Positions 49,192 through 61,419 of a stretch of DNA of 64,000 bases are shown one piece after another. The notes below the pieces were generated by a model. That model searched no databases. It was not told the DNA's origin and saw only the letters and a list, made by a program, of their open reading frames with translations. This stretch comes from Camelus ferus. Taxonomy: Eukaryota. The position numbers and the translations under genes are program-made. Position 1 is the first letter of the stretch; the number at the start of each line of letters is the position of its first letter. Location of the stretch: contig NC_045701.1 in NCBI RefSeq assembly GCF_009834535.1, positions 6,076,001 to 6,140,000 of the forward strand, written 5' to 3'.

Positions 49192-49500
49192 CGGGGGATG
49201 CATTTACTGTCTCATTGCAGACCGCCTGCCCCGAAGTGCAGCCGGCGTCCCCCCGCGCNNNNNNNNNNNNNNNNNNNNNNNNNNNNNNNNNNNNNNNNNN
49301 NNNNNNNNNNNNNNNNNNNNNNNNNNNNNNNNNNNNNNNNNNNNNNNNNNNNNNNNNNNNNNNNNNNNNNNNNNNNNNNNNNNNNNNNNNNNNNNNNNNN
49401 NNNNNNGGCCCCGCGCGGCTCCGGTCCGGCCGCGGCGCAGCGCGGCACCGGGGCTGGGCCGGCCCAGGCTCCCGCTGGCCCCTCGTGGGTCTCCAGCCCG
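49192..49500 (-). other. Candidate upstream first exon B of host gene (partly hidden by N run 49259-49406)
   Basis: Minus strand reads GCA ATG AGA CAG TAA ATG CAT CCC CCG|GTAAGG, a strong donor inside the CpG island with a GC box just upstream at 49580. Confidence 0.55.
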
Positions 49501-49904
49501 ACGTCCGGTGCTGGGAAGGCCCGCGAGGCAAGGCGACGCGCCAGCTGAGCTGTCGCACGTCTCCGATTCCGCTGTGTGAGGGCGGGGGAGGGGATGCGGC
49601 GTCTTGGGGAATGGGGCCCTTGGGGTCGCAGAGCGCTTCCCCCGACCACTAGCCAGCCGCAGGAGGAACCGAGGTTCGGTTCGGACGGGAGGACCCTGGT
49701 GGGCTGTCGGCAGGAACCCGAAGCGAGATTATCCCTCTCTGCACGTGTTGTATACGCCGACATCGAAACTCGGCTGGTCTGAGGTCACTTAGGGATTTAG
49801 AGAACGGCTTCAGGGATGAGGGGACGTACTCTGTTAAATTCTTAAGAAAAAAAAAAAAATTCTCCTGCCTACTGTGGCCTTAAATAAAGTCAATTATATG
49901 TCTC

Positions 49905-50180
49905 TCAAATCTACACACTCATTAGGAAATGTAGATTGCCATGAAACAATTTGAAGTTTATTAAGGAAGCCAAGAGACACATCACAAAACATTGCGTACC
50001 ATGTGATCCCAGTTTTTAAATACTGTTACGTGGAAAGAGAAAAGACTGGACACATAAACACTAAGATGCTAAATAGGTCTCAGTGACTGATGGAATTGTG
50101 GATGATTTTTTTCTGCTTAGTTCTAGTTTCTGATTTCTCTGTAAGGGACACGTTACTTTTGTAACTCAAAAAAAAAAAAA
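49905..50180 (+). mobile_element. Old L1ME4-like 3' end
   Basis: aaaagactggacacataaacactaagatgct..gatggaattgtggatgattttttt..ttacttttgtaa, followed by an A-run. Confidence 0.6.
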
Positions 50181-51419
50181 ACCAATTGTAAATCAGAAAA
50201 AATCAGGCATTTTTTTCATCCCAAAATAAAATGACCAAAATTAACCCCTTTTCCCAAGAAATACATAGCAAACCTCTTTAGTTACTCAAAAATGAAACTA
50301 CTGCAACTTTTCAGTGTTTCTCAGAACTTGAAACTTTTGTCCCTATGAACTGGAGGTTATATAAATTGAAACTATCTTGAAGAAGCCCATTGGGACATTG
50401 GGATAAGACTGGACACTCTGTAAGAACAATAGCATGTTCTTGTCTGGGTTGATGAACTTGATTTTATTATGACCGCAGAGGTCTTTATAACATTGGCGTA
50501 CAGAATTGTAACTTATTGTAGAGAATTAACTTTATAAATCAAAAAGCACAGTCAGAGAACCAATTAACTGGCAACTTGAGAAAGTCCTAAAAGTTGCAAG
50601 GCACAGACTGTTTCTGATTGCACAGGAAGAATGTTTCTGTTCACCACACCTTTTTAGACATTCACTAGTCTAACAATAACCTCAGGGGATGGTTAAAAAG
50701 TAAATGTTTATTGATTTCTGTAAGAGATTGGTAATAAGCTCATTAAATTAATGCCACCTAAATTGTCCCTTGGTTTACTGACAAAGAGCAACCATATTTT
50801 TATAGCTTAAATGACAGGTTTATGTCAGAAGCTATTCGAGACGAAGAGAAAAATTGATTGCAAATAAAGTCTTTCCTTTCCACTTAGTCCTCAGTTCACA
50901 AGGCCCAATGGCTTCCTGTCAAGCATCTCAAAATCAGGGGTGTTTTCCCCAACCTGGATTTCAAGATTTTCCATCACTTAATTCCCCCTTCTCAAAGGAT
51001 CCCATGCTCTTCCACTACCTGCCAATGAGATGGCATTTAGTATTAGAAGGTACACTCCACAAGAGCAAGGATTTTATCTGAACCTCTGTGCCTAAAAGAG
51101 GGCCTGGCACATAGAAGTTGCACAATGAATACTTATTCATTAAAATGCATATTTATTCACTGTCTACTTGGCTAGTTCCTGAGATACCTGAAAAGTCATC
51201 TCTCCTGTGACACTGTCAATGTAATCCTGGGACACTAACATGTTGTAGAGTTTATAGCCTTGGTTTAGTTCTGGAATTTTACACTTTTCTAAATAGCAGT
51301 TAAGTCTGAGACATTCAGAGCAGTGAGGTGCAGGTGTCCGAAGACTTGTGCCTTATTTATGCAATTAATACTATTTGTGGCTTTCTGAGATCAATCATAC
51401 ACTTTTCCCTTATAAGAAC

Positions 51420-51515
51420 GTCAATCCTAGAATTCTTTGCTTTTAGTCCTAGCTTCTAAATAACTGACTTTGGACAATTCACCTATTTTTATCGTGTCTC
51501 AGTTTCTCTAACCTC
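51420..51515. mobile_element. MIR fragment
   Basis: tagtcctagcttc..taactgactttggacaattcaccta..tgtctcagtttctc. Confidence 0.55.
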
Positions 51516-54425
51516 TCTTAGGACCTCAAGGCCATTTACTATTTCTTTAGAAAGACCAACTCTAACCATTCTATTGCCTAGTGGTATATTTTTTCAACAA
51601 CCTCCTCAGTAGAGGTAAAATTGATTTTACCAGTAACCTACAGTAATTGCCCTGAAACAGGCTTCTCTAGACCTTAAAAGATAGTTATTTCTAAATTTAG
51701 AGTCAGCTATTAGTAGTGTCTCTCTTTACTAGTCACAGTGATCATAATTCATTGTAGACCAGCAAAACATCTGACCCAATTAAGTTCACATTCTTAGGTT
51801 TTTATCTCCATCCAGCAGAAGAAAACATGGTGGCAGTGTATCTTAGGGTATCTGGGGCCTGCAATAAAACTCATTCCATTAAGTAATTTACCAAGCCTTC
51901 ATACTGTCCCAGTTCCTGCCAAGCAGATCACTAAGGACTGGAAAGATAAACATTGTGTGTGAATAAAAACTGCAGTATTGGGGAAAATAAAAAGAGAACA
52001 TCTTAGTCACCTATAAATGTATCTGGAATGCAAACCCATTCTTACCACAAGCTAGAGCTATAAAGACCAAGCCAGACTTGCTTGGTGCTAAGGAGCCAAA
52101 TGCTAAGAAATTGCTCTACTCCACCCATTGCACTGTTAGCCCTAATCTGCTGACTTTCTGTCTACACATGTACATACCTGAGCCAACCCAACTGTGCCCA
52201 TATTGAAGAGCAAAAAGAAATTCCACCAAGTATTTTGTTCTACTTTTGTTTATAAGATCATATTTTGTGCTGTATGTTCTGGGGCTTCCTTGGTAAAATA
52301 CACAACAGTTCATGATATTTTTCCGCCTTTCCAAATTGTTTTATCCACTCCTGGGAGCAAGGCGGAAGTGGGAACCACATTTTCTGGAAACTGCCTGTTA
52401 CTCAGAACCAGAGATGAAAACAAGATACTTGGGCTTCTATTCTCATTTGACATTTCTAGATTTATAGAAATCTCTCCATCTCCTTTCTAATTATAAGTTC
52501 TAGGAGAAAATATTACCTAATAATTATAGGGAGAATATTATCTGAGTTTCAGCACAGCGTACAATTAATAAGTTACTTTCATTTTATTTGAAAGGCAGAT
52601 ATTTGACATTTTGCAAGAATTAATATAGTTTAGTTTTGTAGCTGTCTCTAAGCATGGGATCTCACCTTATTCCTGACTATTCAGGATGGAGTGGTAGATT
52701 CAGATTTAAATCTCTTTTTTTAAAAAGGAAATTGCTCACAAAGATTCAGGAAACAATTGTTATTATTGTACCCAACACAGGACGTGCTTGAGATTAATTT
52801 TTCTTTTCATATGGTATATAAAACACACTACTGGAGGTTCTTTAAACATCCCCAAAGAACACGCTGTCTAGAAGAATTCCAATAATTATTACACTAAATT
52901 GAATTTATTGTTAATCCAAATCATGGTTAATATCAACAGTATGTGAGGCAGGGTGATTCTCTTTTGCTCATTGAATTGAGAAGACTTGTTTGAGGTTACT
53001 ATACTGTGGTTAAAAATATTTTTAAATATTTTTATTGTGGATCATCAAAACTCTTTTACTATTAAATATCTAACTTTTAAGTCTCTCAGGTCATTTAGGA
53101 TTTTTTTTTAATGTTATATATATAAACATTTTCATGGGATGTTCTCTAATAGCAAAGTATTGTAGAAAGACTTTTAAACTAAATTAAAAAAATCTGTGAT
53201 CGTACTTAATTTCCCCTCTATTACTAAATTACATTGAATAAGAATGGCTTCTTCAGCTCTGGAGATGTATTTACTTGTAGATGCCACAAAATTATTTTAA
53301 AACATTTTGTTTAGGCATCAGACCAACTTTAATTTTAAAATAATACATTTTTTGTCCTCTAGGAAATATCATTCTAAATCAATCTCAAATGGAATATATT
53401 TGTTCTAAACAAATAGGATGATGAGATCATGCCTAAGTCAGTAATTGCTTTTTACTAAATAATTGAAAGTGATGAACTGAAACATAGTCAATGTGGGTAG
53501 AAATTACTTAGATATTTTTAATGTAACTTCAGAGGGGTAAGTGATGGCTTTGGGTCTCCATCAAAGACAAAATAAATATATCCAGCACAATTGTTACTTG
53601 CCTATTTCTTTAAGTCAATTTAATAAATATTTATTGGGTTAATGCCAGGACCCATTATGAGGAAAACACTCTCCCTCCCAGCTGTGCAGAATCCAACTGA
53701 ATAAAATATAACCCTTGCCTTTCAAGGAGTGTTAGATTAGAGAGGACACACTAGATATTCAAACTGATTCTGCTGATAAGAGGCCTTTAAATTCTCCTTT
53801 AATCAATCACTTCCCTCAGAGTTACAAGCTTTTAAGATTTAGAATGCACTGCCCCCCAAAAAGGGAATTTTTTCCTGACAACACCAGTCCTAGGCACAGA
53901 GGATCAGCTGTGGTCCTTGTAGCCCTATGTTCTGTTGCCCAGAGCAACTCAATGAGGATGCCTTAGGATATCAACTTAACATCATTTAGTATTCACTGAA
54001 CCTTTAAGATCAACTACCATGCAGGAGTTCTGATGAACTGGCTCATACATTATTTGTCTCACCATTTTGAATAAATTTTACTTCCGGCCAGATCCATCTC
54101 CGGGACCTTTATCAGGTTAAGAAGCTTTGATTGTTCTCACTTTGCCTCAAAAGGTGATTCCATTGAGATTTATCAGTCTCTTAGCATTATCATATTGTTC
54201 TATCTTTATTTTGATAAACTCAGAATTTTCAGCATTAGAACCCCCTTTGCAAAGGCTATAAAGTTGGCATGATACAGAACCACGTAAAGGGTAAGTTGGA
54301 AGGAAGCTGGAAAGAGAAGGAAAAAAGAGGAAAATATCCATTCAGATGGTTTGTAATGCATCAGCTCTTAATATTATTCTTTAAATATTTCCCCAATGCA
54401 ATCTGACTAAGATTAAAACAAAACC

Positions 54426-54655
54426 CACACTACTATATATAAAATAGATAAGCAACAAGGACCTACTATATAGCACAGGGAACTATATTCAGTATCTTGT
54501 AATATAGCTTGTAATGGAAAAGAATCTGAAAAAGCATATATGTGTGTGTGTGTGTCTGTGTGTGTGTGTGTGTAACTGCATCATTTTGCTGTTCACCTGG
54601 AACATTGTCAATCAACTCTACTTCAATAAAAAATTAAAATTAAAAACAAAACAAA
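54426..54655 (+). mobile_element. L1 3' UTR fragment with internal (TG)n at 54541-54572
   Basis: aaaatagataagcaacaaggacctactatatagcacagggaactatattcagtatcttgtaat..tcaactctacttcaataaaa. Confidence 0.88.
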
Positions 54656-55299
54656 GCAGAAACCTCTAGCACTAACTCATTTAGCTTAATTTTTTCTACC
54701 TAAAGGTAAACTAGGAATAAGGGGATAACTTTTCATCTTTCCTAATATCAGAAAGATTAAGTGTAAAAACATCATTTTGGTCTCCTACGAAATTAAAGGA
54801 TTTTAATCTTTTGTAATGTATTAATATGTGGCTCAGAACTACAAGGCTACTGTGGAAATATAGGGCTCTTTACAATAATCAGTGGGATGAAATGGTATTA
54901 TATTATTTATCTCTATAAATTTCACCCCATGCCATTCTAACTTTTATTTAATACTTTTATTTTATTTATTGCTTTAGTACTTAGGTACAGAATACCCAAC
55001 CTATAAGTTTTCTGCATTCACTGGGCTTCACTCACTCTGATGCGTCTCTTTCTTCATTATCCAATCACTTAGGACAGCGAAATAGATTTCTTAATTAATC
55101 AGAAAGACAGTCAAAATTAAATAATGGTAATTCTGACGTTCCTTCTTTTATGTTGCTACGGGCGTTGGGTCTTAGGAGACAAGAAGTCTTGGAGAGAACT
55201 GCTCACTATCCTATTTCTTGTAAACTGGAAGTTGTTTCTATCAGCTTAATTAGGTTGTAGTTTACATTTGGGGCAAGGACACTTTACAGATGGTACTGC

Positions 55300-55520
55300 A
55301 TGTCTCACGCTGCATCACATACGGGGAGAAACATAATGTCAAGTTGTCCACATTCCAGTGAGGCTGCGATTGACCAGTGGGTTCAGGAGGTACCATCCTG
55401 ATTCTGACATTGTAAAGTTCCCACAAGCCTTTTATCAAGGGGTTTCACTATTAATGATTGTTGCCTGAATCGATGACTCATTCAGGGCTGTGGAAGCGGG
55501 GTGTTCTGATTCTAGCAGGG
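55300..55520 (-). mobile_element. Old L1MC-like fragment
   Basis: cattgtaaagttcccacaagcc..atgattgttgcctgaatc resembles the recalled L1MC 3' region. Confidence 0.55.
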
Positions 55521-55736
55521 TTGTGTGATGACAAGCACCTTCTTTACCTGAAAAGGTTCACAACTTCTTAGAATTCATTGTGAACTGGAAAATTTACAGT
55601 AAAGTTCGTATCATATCAATGAACATAAGAACTAGCACTAAAAAGATTCCAAATCCCTCTAAATTCCATTCAAATGAAAACTGAAAAACTGTAGCTTCGA
55701 AATGTTTATTTTTAAAGTTTAAAAAGTGTAGGTCCA

Positions 55737-55796
55737 AATTGACACAACATTGTAAACTGACTATAATTCAATAAAAAATACATATATACAAAAAAT
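55737..55796 (+). mobile_element. ~60 bp L1 3'-terminal insertion with TSD
   Basis: gacacaacattgtaaactgactataattcaataaaaaa. TSD aagt(g/c)taggtcca at 55724-55736 and 55797-55809. Confidence 0.85.
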
Positions 55797-56169
55797 AAGT
55801 CTAGGTCCATTTAGGGGCAGCTGATCTTGTTGCTTGGGCAGGGGAGTGTTCCACAGTTACAACATTATAAATATTATCTATTGAGAATGTCTCCCATATG
55901 CATCATAGAGCCCACCATATCTACAGAAAAAATATTCTCAACCCAATCTGAAATTAATTATAGAATGATTCCCTATATAGAATCTTAAGAAGATGGAAAC
56001 AATCCTTTCTAGGGAGGAAATCTCCAGGGAGATAAATATCTCCAGAATTGCAGATAAGGCCAGGCAGAGAGCTCCTGTGTGGCTGTGAGACAGGGGAGGG
56101 AGAAGCTTTCCAAGCACTGGGCATTTCTCTTAAAGGAGGGCTGTCTCTCTTCCAAGCCTAGGCTCAACA

Positions 56170-56295
56170 GGCTTCTCACTCAGGCGCCTGGGACCTGCTG
56201 CAAGAGATCCAGATTTATTAAGTTTCTCCCTTTAAAAGCATCCCAGGTGATAATGATGCGGTGGGTCCAGAGACCACATTGAGGAGAAACCCACA
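56170..56295. mobile_element. MER5A fragment
   Basis: tttaaaagcatcccaggtgataatgatgcggtgggtccagagaccacattgaggag. Confidence 0.75.
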
Positions 56296-57544
56296 AGAAG
56301 TGCTGAGGATTCTGAGTCTCACACCTGTGCCCACTGAGCATTGCCTACGAGACCTGATTCATCATAAACTACTTGTCTCTGAAGAGTTTCCTGAAGAATT
56401 ACAGTCCATTATACTACACTGTGAAGATGCACACATTTCTCCATACTCTTTGTGCAAGTCAAAGAGAGCCCTCTTAGCAATGCGTGTGTGCACCACGCAC
56501 CAGCAGCTGGTCCATGCCAAACGGGACTCTGCTTGCCGTGAATTGAGTGTATCCTACAACAATAGCTTTATCCTGCACCGTGGCCCCCTTTCTGCCATTC
56601 CTTTTGTGTTCTGGAGAACTTTTGACCCCTGATGGCTGATGAGATGGATCAGTGGTAGTGCAAGGCCCAACATGGAGGAGCAAAGGCAGAGTCAATGTGG
56701 GAGTGAGAATGTATGCTGCACAGGGGCTCGGGGGCCTCCTGGGAAATGGAGGGTGAAGAGTAATTACAGGTTAGTGAAGGGAGACCTGGTGGGAGAAGGG
56801 TTTTGAGGGGAATAGCAGCAGGGTGGATGGCCCAACGAGAAACTAGGAAGGGAAACCTGAGACTTCAAAGGAAGTTGGAAGAGAAGTGAGGAACGCACGA
56901 GGTTGAGTACATCTATCTCTGTGGGGTCACTGCAATGACCACCACATTCATCACGGAGCCCAGTTCATCCCCACTGCTCCACCAAACAGCTTACTTCTGT
57001 ACTGGGCTTCAGGCTGGAAAATAAACCATTTAAGAAGGAAAAATCTCCCAAGTGTCAAAGATGGGTGTGTGAGTGTGCCCACGCTCGCTACCTTCATGCT
57101 CTCTGCAGAGACACAGTCGGGGCATGGAACAGCGGTTTCCCCTAGAATGAGCCAGGGTAACTGAATTTGTATCTAAGCTATGGAGAAGGACTGGAGAGAA
57201 AAACTGTGTAGGTTGGTATATTTTTGTTTGTTTCCAGAGTGTATTGAGGAACTTAGATTTTAGGGAAGTGAGATAAGACTAGAAGAACCACTAGAACAAG
57301 TCAACAGCAAAGAGCTGGGAGAGTGCTCCAAGTCCGGAGAGTCAAGGGGCAGAGGAGATGTTGGGACAAGAGATGCTGGGATCAGGAGGAAGCCAAGCTC
57401 CCATCTACTTGAGTGATCTGGAATGGGGCATGATATGGAATGGGTGGAATGCTTGGGTTCCCTCGACATATGTATGCTTCAGAAAACCAAGCACAATGAA
57501 ACAGATAGAGAGATGTTTTAATTAATTAAAACTCTTCATTATTA

Positions 57545-57945
57545 GGAACTTCCTAGCAAGCAGTGCTGAGGTGTTCAATTAGATGTACTTGTAGTAAATA
57601 GCACTGTGCTAAGTACATGGAAATCTCCCAGTAACTTTTTTGAATGAATAAGCAAATAATGGATAAGGCTTAAGCCAAATGATGTGTTACGTCAAACAAA
57701 ATGGACTCTGTAGCAGAAACATCTCTAGCGACATCCCACCACCGATGTCCCCACTGTGGTTTTAAGCATAGCATTTACAACTGACTCGTATTCACATCTC
57801 TTTCTTGTCCACCGGATCAAAAGCTTCCTGAGGCTTGGTTCCTGAGGGATCATGTTTTACTCATCTTCAAGCCCTCAGCGCTAACAATGGTACTTAGGAC
57901 ATAGTAGGTGCTGAGCGAACACCTGGTGAAGGAATGAACAGCTAG
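57545..57945 (+). mobile_element. L2 3'-end fragments
   Basis: aaagcttcctgagg..gatcatgttttactcatctt..gccctcagcgctaacaatggtacttaggacatagtaggtgct..gaaggaatgaa. Confidence 0.65.
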
Positions 57946-58984
57946 TAACTTATCAAAGGACTCAGATCTTTACTATTGACTTAGTTCAGTGTCATCTAAG
58001 GTGCCCTTTCTGTCCCTCCCTACAAGGTACCCTACATGTTTGTAGAAGTAACTTATACAGATGGGTGAAAAATGAGCTGGAAGGTTCTAGAAAAAAAAAA
58101 AAAAAAGGAGCCCTTTAGCAGGCCCTGCTGTCATTTGGCAGAGAGAAGCACTCCTACAGACTACAGCTGTGGTTTACCAAATAACCCGACAGAAGCTGGA
58201 TGTCACCAGTGTGGTCTGGTATTGACTCTGATGGTTTCTTACCCTTATGTTCTTTGGTGTTTTGGGGGGACATACTCAGAAACCATTTCTCATTTCTGCA
58301 AAATGAGCATAGCTGGTGCTGGCCATTCCTTAAGAAAAGATGGTGACCTCCCACATTGCCACAAACAGAATGACAAGTGATGAAACATGAAATTACTTAT
58401 AAGCTGAGGGCAATCATTATAGTCCCACGTCTCAACTGACAATTGTTTAGACTGAGACCAAAGATATTTGTTTGAATTTAATTCTTCTCCAGGTGAGAAC
58501 CTATTTCAGGGGTTCTGTTTTCAACCTTACCTGGTTCTAGTCAAGATTACACAGATCATTCCTATCAAAAGCAACCACTTCCAAAGGGGGAGATTTCCTG
58601 AGGAGAATGAGGATTGAAACGGAATCAGGAACTTAGGTGTTTCCACGGTAGATAGGTAACCTTGGACATGTCTCTTCACTTTTAACATCAGACTATTATC
58701 ATTTGGAAATTGAGTGAGTTGAGTCAAATAATCCATAATTCCACTGCTAGCTTTCTGTCATTTTCCAACACATCTATAAAACATAGAATCAATGCCATTC
58801 ACTTGACAGTTATAATCTATTGCCTTGTGCTGTGGTTAATATACATGTCTTGTTCCCTCAGCGAGACTGTAAGCGCCTTAATGGCTGAGATGCATCTTCT
58901 ATATTGTGGTGGTTGCTGTGGTGCGTCCACTCTGGCACTCCTTCCTCCAGCTGCTGGAAGTGTTGGTGGCTGATGGCTCTTGTT

Positions 58985-59315
58985 TGAGTCCCTCTCCACC
59001 CCTCCCAACACAGGGGAAGTGTATTTGTGTGGTGTAGGGAGGAGATAGCCAGTATCCAACAACCAGATGGTTGATGTGTGGGTACCAGTAATAGTGGCCA
59101 AGGTGGAGCGATTCTCAAGAGCTGCCCCAGCAGCAGAGCATCCCTTGGAATCCCTGAGGTCTTTCTGTGACTGTATCTCAGTCCAACCTCTTCCCCCATT
59201 TATCTTGCTTTCTTCATCCCCTCACAAGTATGGTTCCTGAAAGCATTTCTCAATTGATGACCTGCACACAAATCTGAGTCTCAGAGTCTGCTTTCTGGGA
59301 GTTGCACCTATGTTC
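58985..59315 (+). mobile_element. LTR16-like ERVL LTR
   Basis: 3' part ctgcttt..cccctcacaagtatggttcctgaaagcatttctcaat..cctgcacacaaatctgagtctcagagtctgctttctggga. Confidence 0.7.
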
Positions 59316-61419
59316 CTGGCTACCTTCCCATCTCTTCCCAGGTACCCACCACATTCCGCTATGCAAGGTGAGCTAAAATGAACTGGAGTCCTGAGGGGCT
59401 GCAGCAGGGTGGGAGAGAAGCCCATGCTGGGAGAAGCCCTGTTCTTTGTCTCCACAAACACTGAAACTGACAGTGTTTCTCCTGGGGTCCAAATCTCCGC
59501 TAGCAAAGCCAAGAACAGACAAAATGTTCTCCATGAGTAAGGCACTGGGAGTGATCTGTTACTGTTTATCTCTTTTCTTGTGGATGTCTAGTTCCCGGCA
59601 ACAGCGAGAGAGGGGTGACTGGGTCCTACATAACTTGACTAAAACCAACAGAATATTTAAAAGTTGGCCAATCTCGTGTTTCTAATGCCAGAGGAAAATA
59701 CCCTAGTTTTCAGACTGATTCCTCTTCCAAATGAAAACCAGGAGGAAACTGATCACACAGGAAAGGTCTGGCATCCATCAGCAGAGATGGTGTCAAGGTG
59801 TTCAGCAAAGCTCGCCTGTTCCCTTCCATAATAAAGGGGAGAATTGCTTTAGGCAACCCCTCAGCTCCCCACATGTTCTAATACATTTACTTTGTTGTTG
59901 CTCTTTTGAGCACGTTATGTCATTTTAACTAGGTTAATTCAGAATCTACACACACAGCCACACACACACACACATTTTAACCTGTGAAGCCAACCAACTG
60001 CATTATATCATCTTGTGTTCACATAAACCTTTCAAAAGAATCCTTGCTTTTAATATGCAATACCATTTCCTTTCTGCTGCATGCTTTCCTTGGATAGTCA
60101 GGAGTATCTGTGCCCAATTTTTTTTCCCCCTCAGCTTTTTGGTTTGAATCTCAGACATTTGATATGATTTATAGAAGCACCATCCTTTGAAATGATAAGA
60201 CAATGAACTGCAGATTTGGGGCATATTTAAATAATTCAAACATTGTCTGATGCTGTGTGGTTCCAAGAAGAAAGAAGAACAGTCGACACCAGAAAATTTC
60301 CTGCTGGAATTCTGCCAAGGAATAGCTGGCCATCCTGGGGAGGTCCATCATTATGGGACTTTGCTGTTTGTAAATTTAATAAACGGCTCACATCTGCTTA
60401 TAATATTATGGAAGTCTATGCTAGCAGTAATCCTTCCAAAAAGCACATGGTTTATTTTACAAATCGATCGATGCTTTCTGTTGTGGGATTTCTCAGGGTG
60501 TACAGGAGAAACGAGACACCTGTATTTCCACGTAAGACTCTAGGCCACGGCATCTGTGTCCTGCTTGTGTTTGAATCACAGAGTGACATGGATGGAACCT
60601 TGGGAATCATCTAGTCCTTCCCCAGCACCCTACAACCAAGGCCTGGAAGAGGGGAGGGACTCGAGGGCAGTTCACCCAGAGTTAGTGACAGTCAGGGCTC
60701 AGAGGGTGTCACAGCCCACCCTCTCTTCCTCCCTCCCTCTACCGCCTTCCTTCTTTCTTTCCTTCTTTCTTGTTCTCTTTGCATGGACTCAGCTTACTTA
60801 TACTCCTCAGTCTGTGGCACATTAGCATCCTTGGTCTGGGCGTGGTCCCCCTCACATTGGATCTCCTTGCATTACTTCCTCATTTCTGAACAGGCCACCT
60901 CTCTGATGTGTTTAATGTGCATCGTTTTTCTTTTTATGAATCTTGAAAAATATGCATCCCCCTCCCCACCAGGACACTGTGCTCTGAGATCCTCCCACGT
61001 TGTTGTGTGTGTGTGTGTTGTGTGTGAGAACGCGGTCACTGCAGAGTCCTCCAAGGTCACAGCTTTTCCTGCTCTGTCGCCCTGCCGCCCTGTCACTTTG
61101 TCCCACCTTGATTCTATGACAGCCAATCTTGGCTCACTTGCTCTCTCTCAAGCAAAAAGCACATTCGCCTCCCCTCTTATAAAACTTATAAGGCAGAAAA
61201 AGTCCAAGGAATATAAGCGATTTAGCAGTGGCTTCAGTAACCTTTCACCTCTAGAGAAATTACCGTACGACTTAATACAATACAGATGGAAAGGGTTCAA
61301 AAGTTGTTTTTATTCAATCAAAATGGGTAGAGGGCTTTTAAAATGTTTTTGCCAGCACTAACTTCAGTTCTCAAGAGAAAAATATCTTCACTGTTAAAAA
61401 AAAAAGAGTGAGAGAAAAG

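Larger units (their letters stand above)
47700..49800. promoter_or_regulatory. CpG island / promoter of a minus-strand gene
   Basis: Abrupt rise in GC and CpG density (many CGCG, GGCGG, CCGCG) against CpG-poor flanks. Contains a GC box (GGGCGG at 49580), E2F-type GGCGCGAAA (48439-48447) and GGCGCGCAAA (48242-48251), and YY1-type AATATGGCG (~48357-48365). Confidence 0.93.

Noticed and set aside
49201-49225. Plus-strand acceptor-like CATTTACTGTCTCATTGCAG|ACC suggesting an antisense exon
   Set aside because: Short, interrupted pyrimidine tract and no convincing partner donor on the + strand. The minus-strand reading explains the sequence better.
52487-56045. Small imperfect duplications and inversions (52487-52543; atctccag/ggagat/atctccag at 56020-56045)
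   Set aside because: Short and within what chance or ordinary slippage gives in AT-rich DNA.
56261-56632. 123-aa + strand ORF
   Set aside because: It starts inside a MER5A fragment, and has no recognisable family, no splice context and no promoter.
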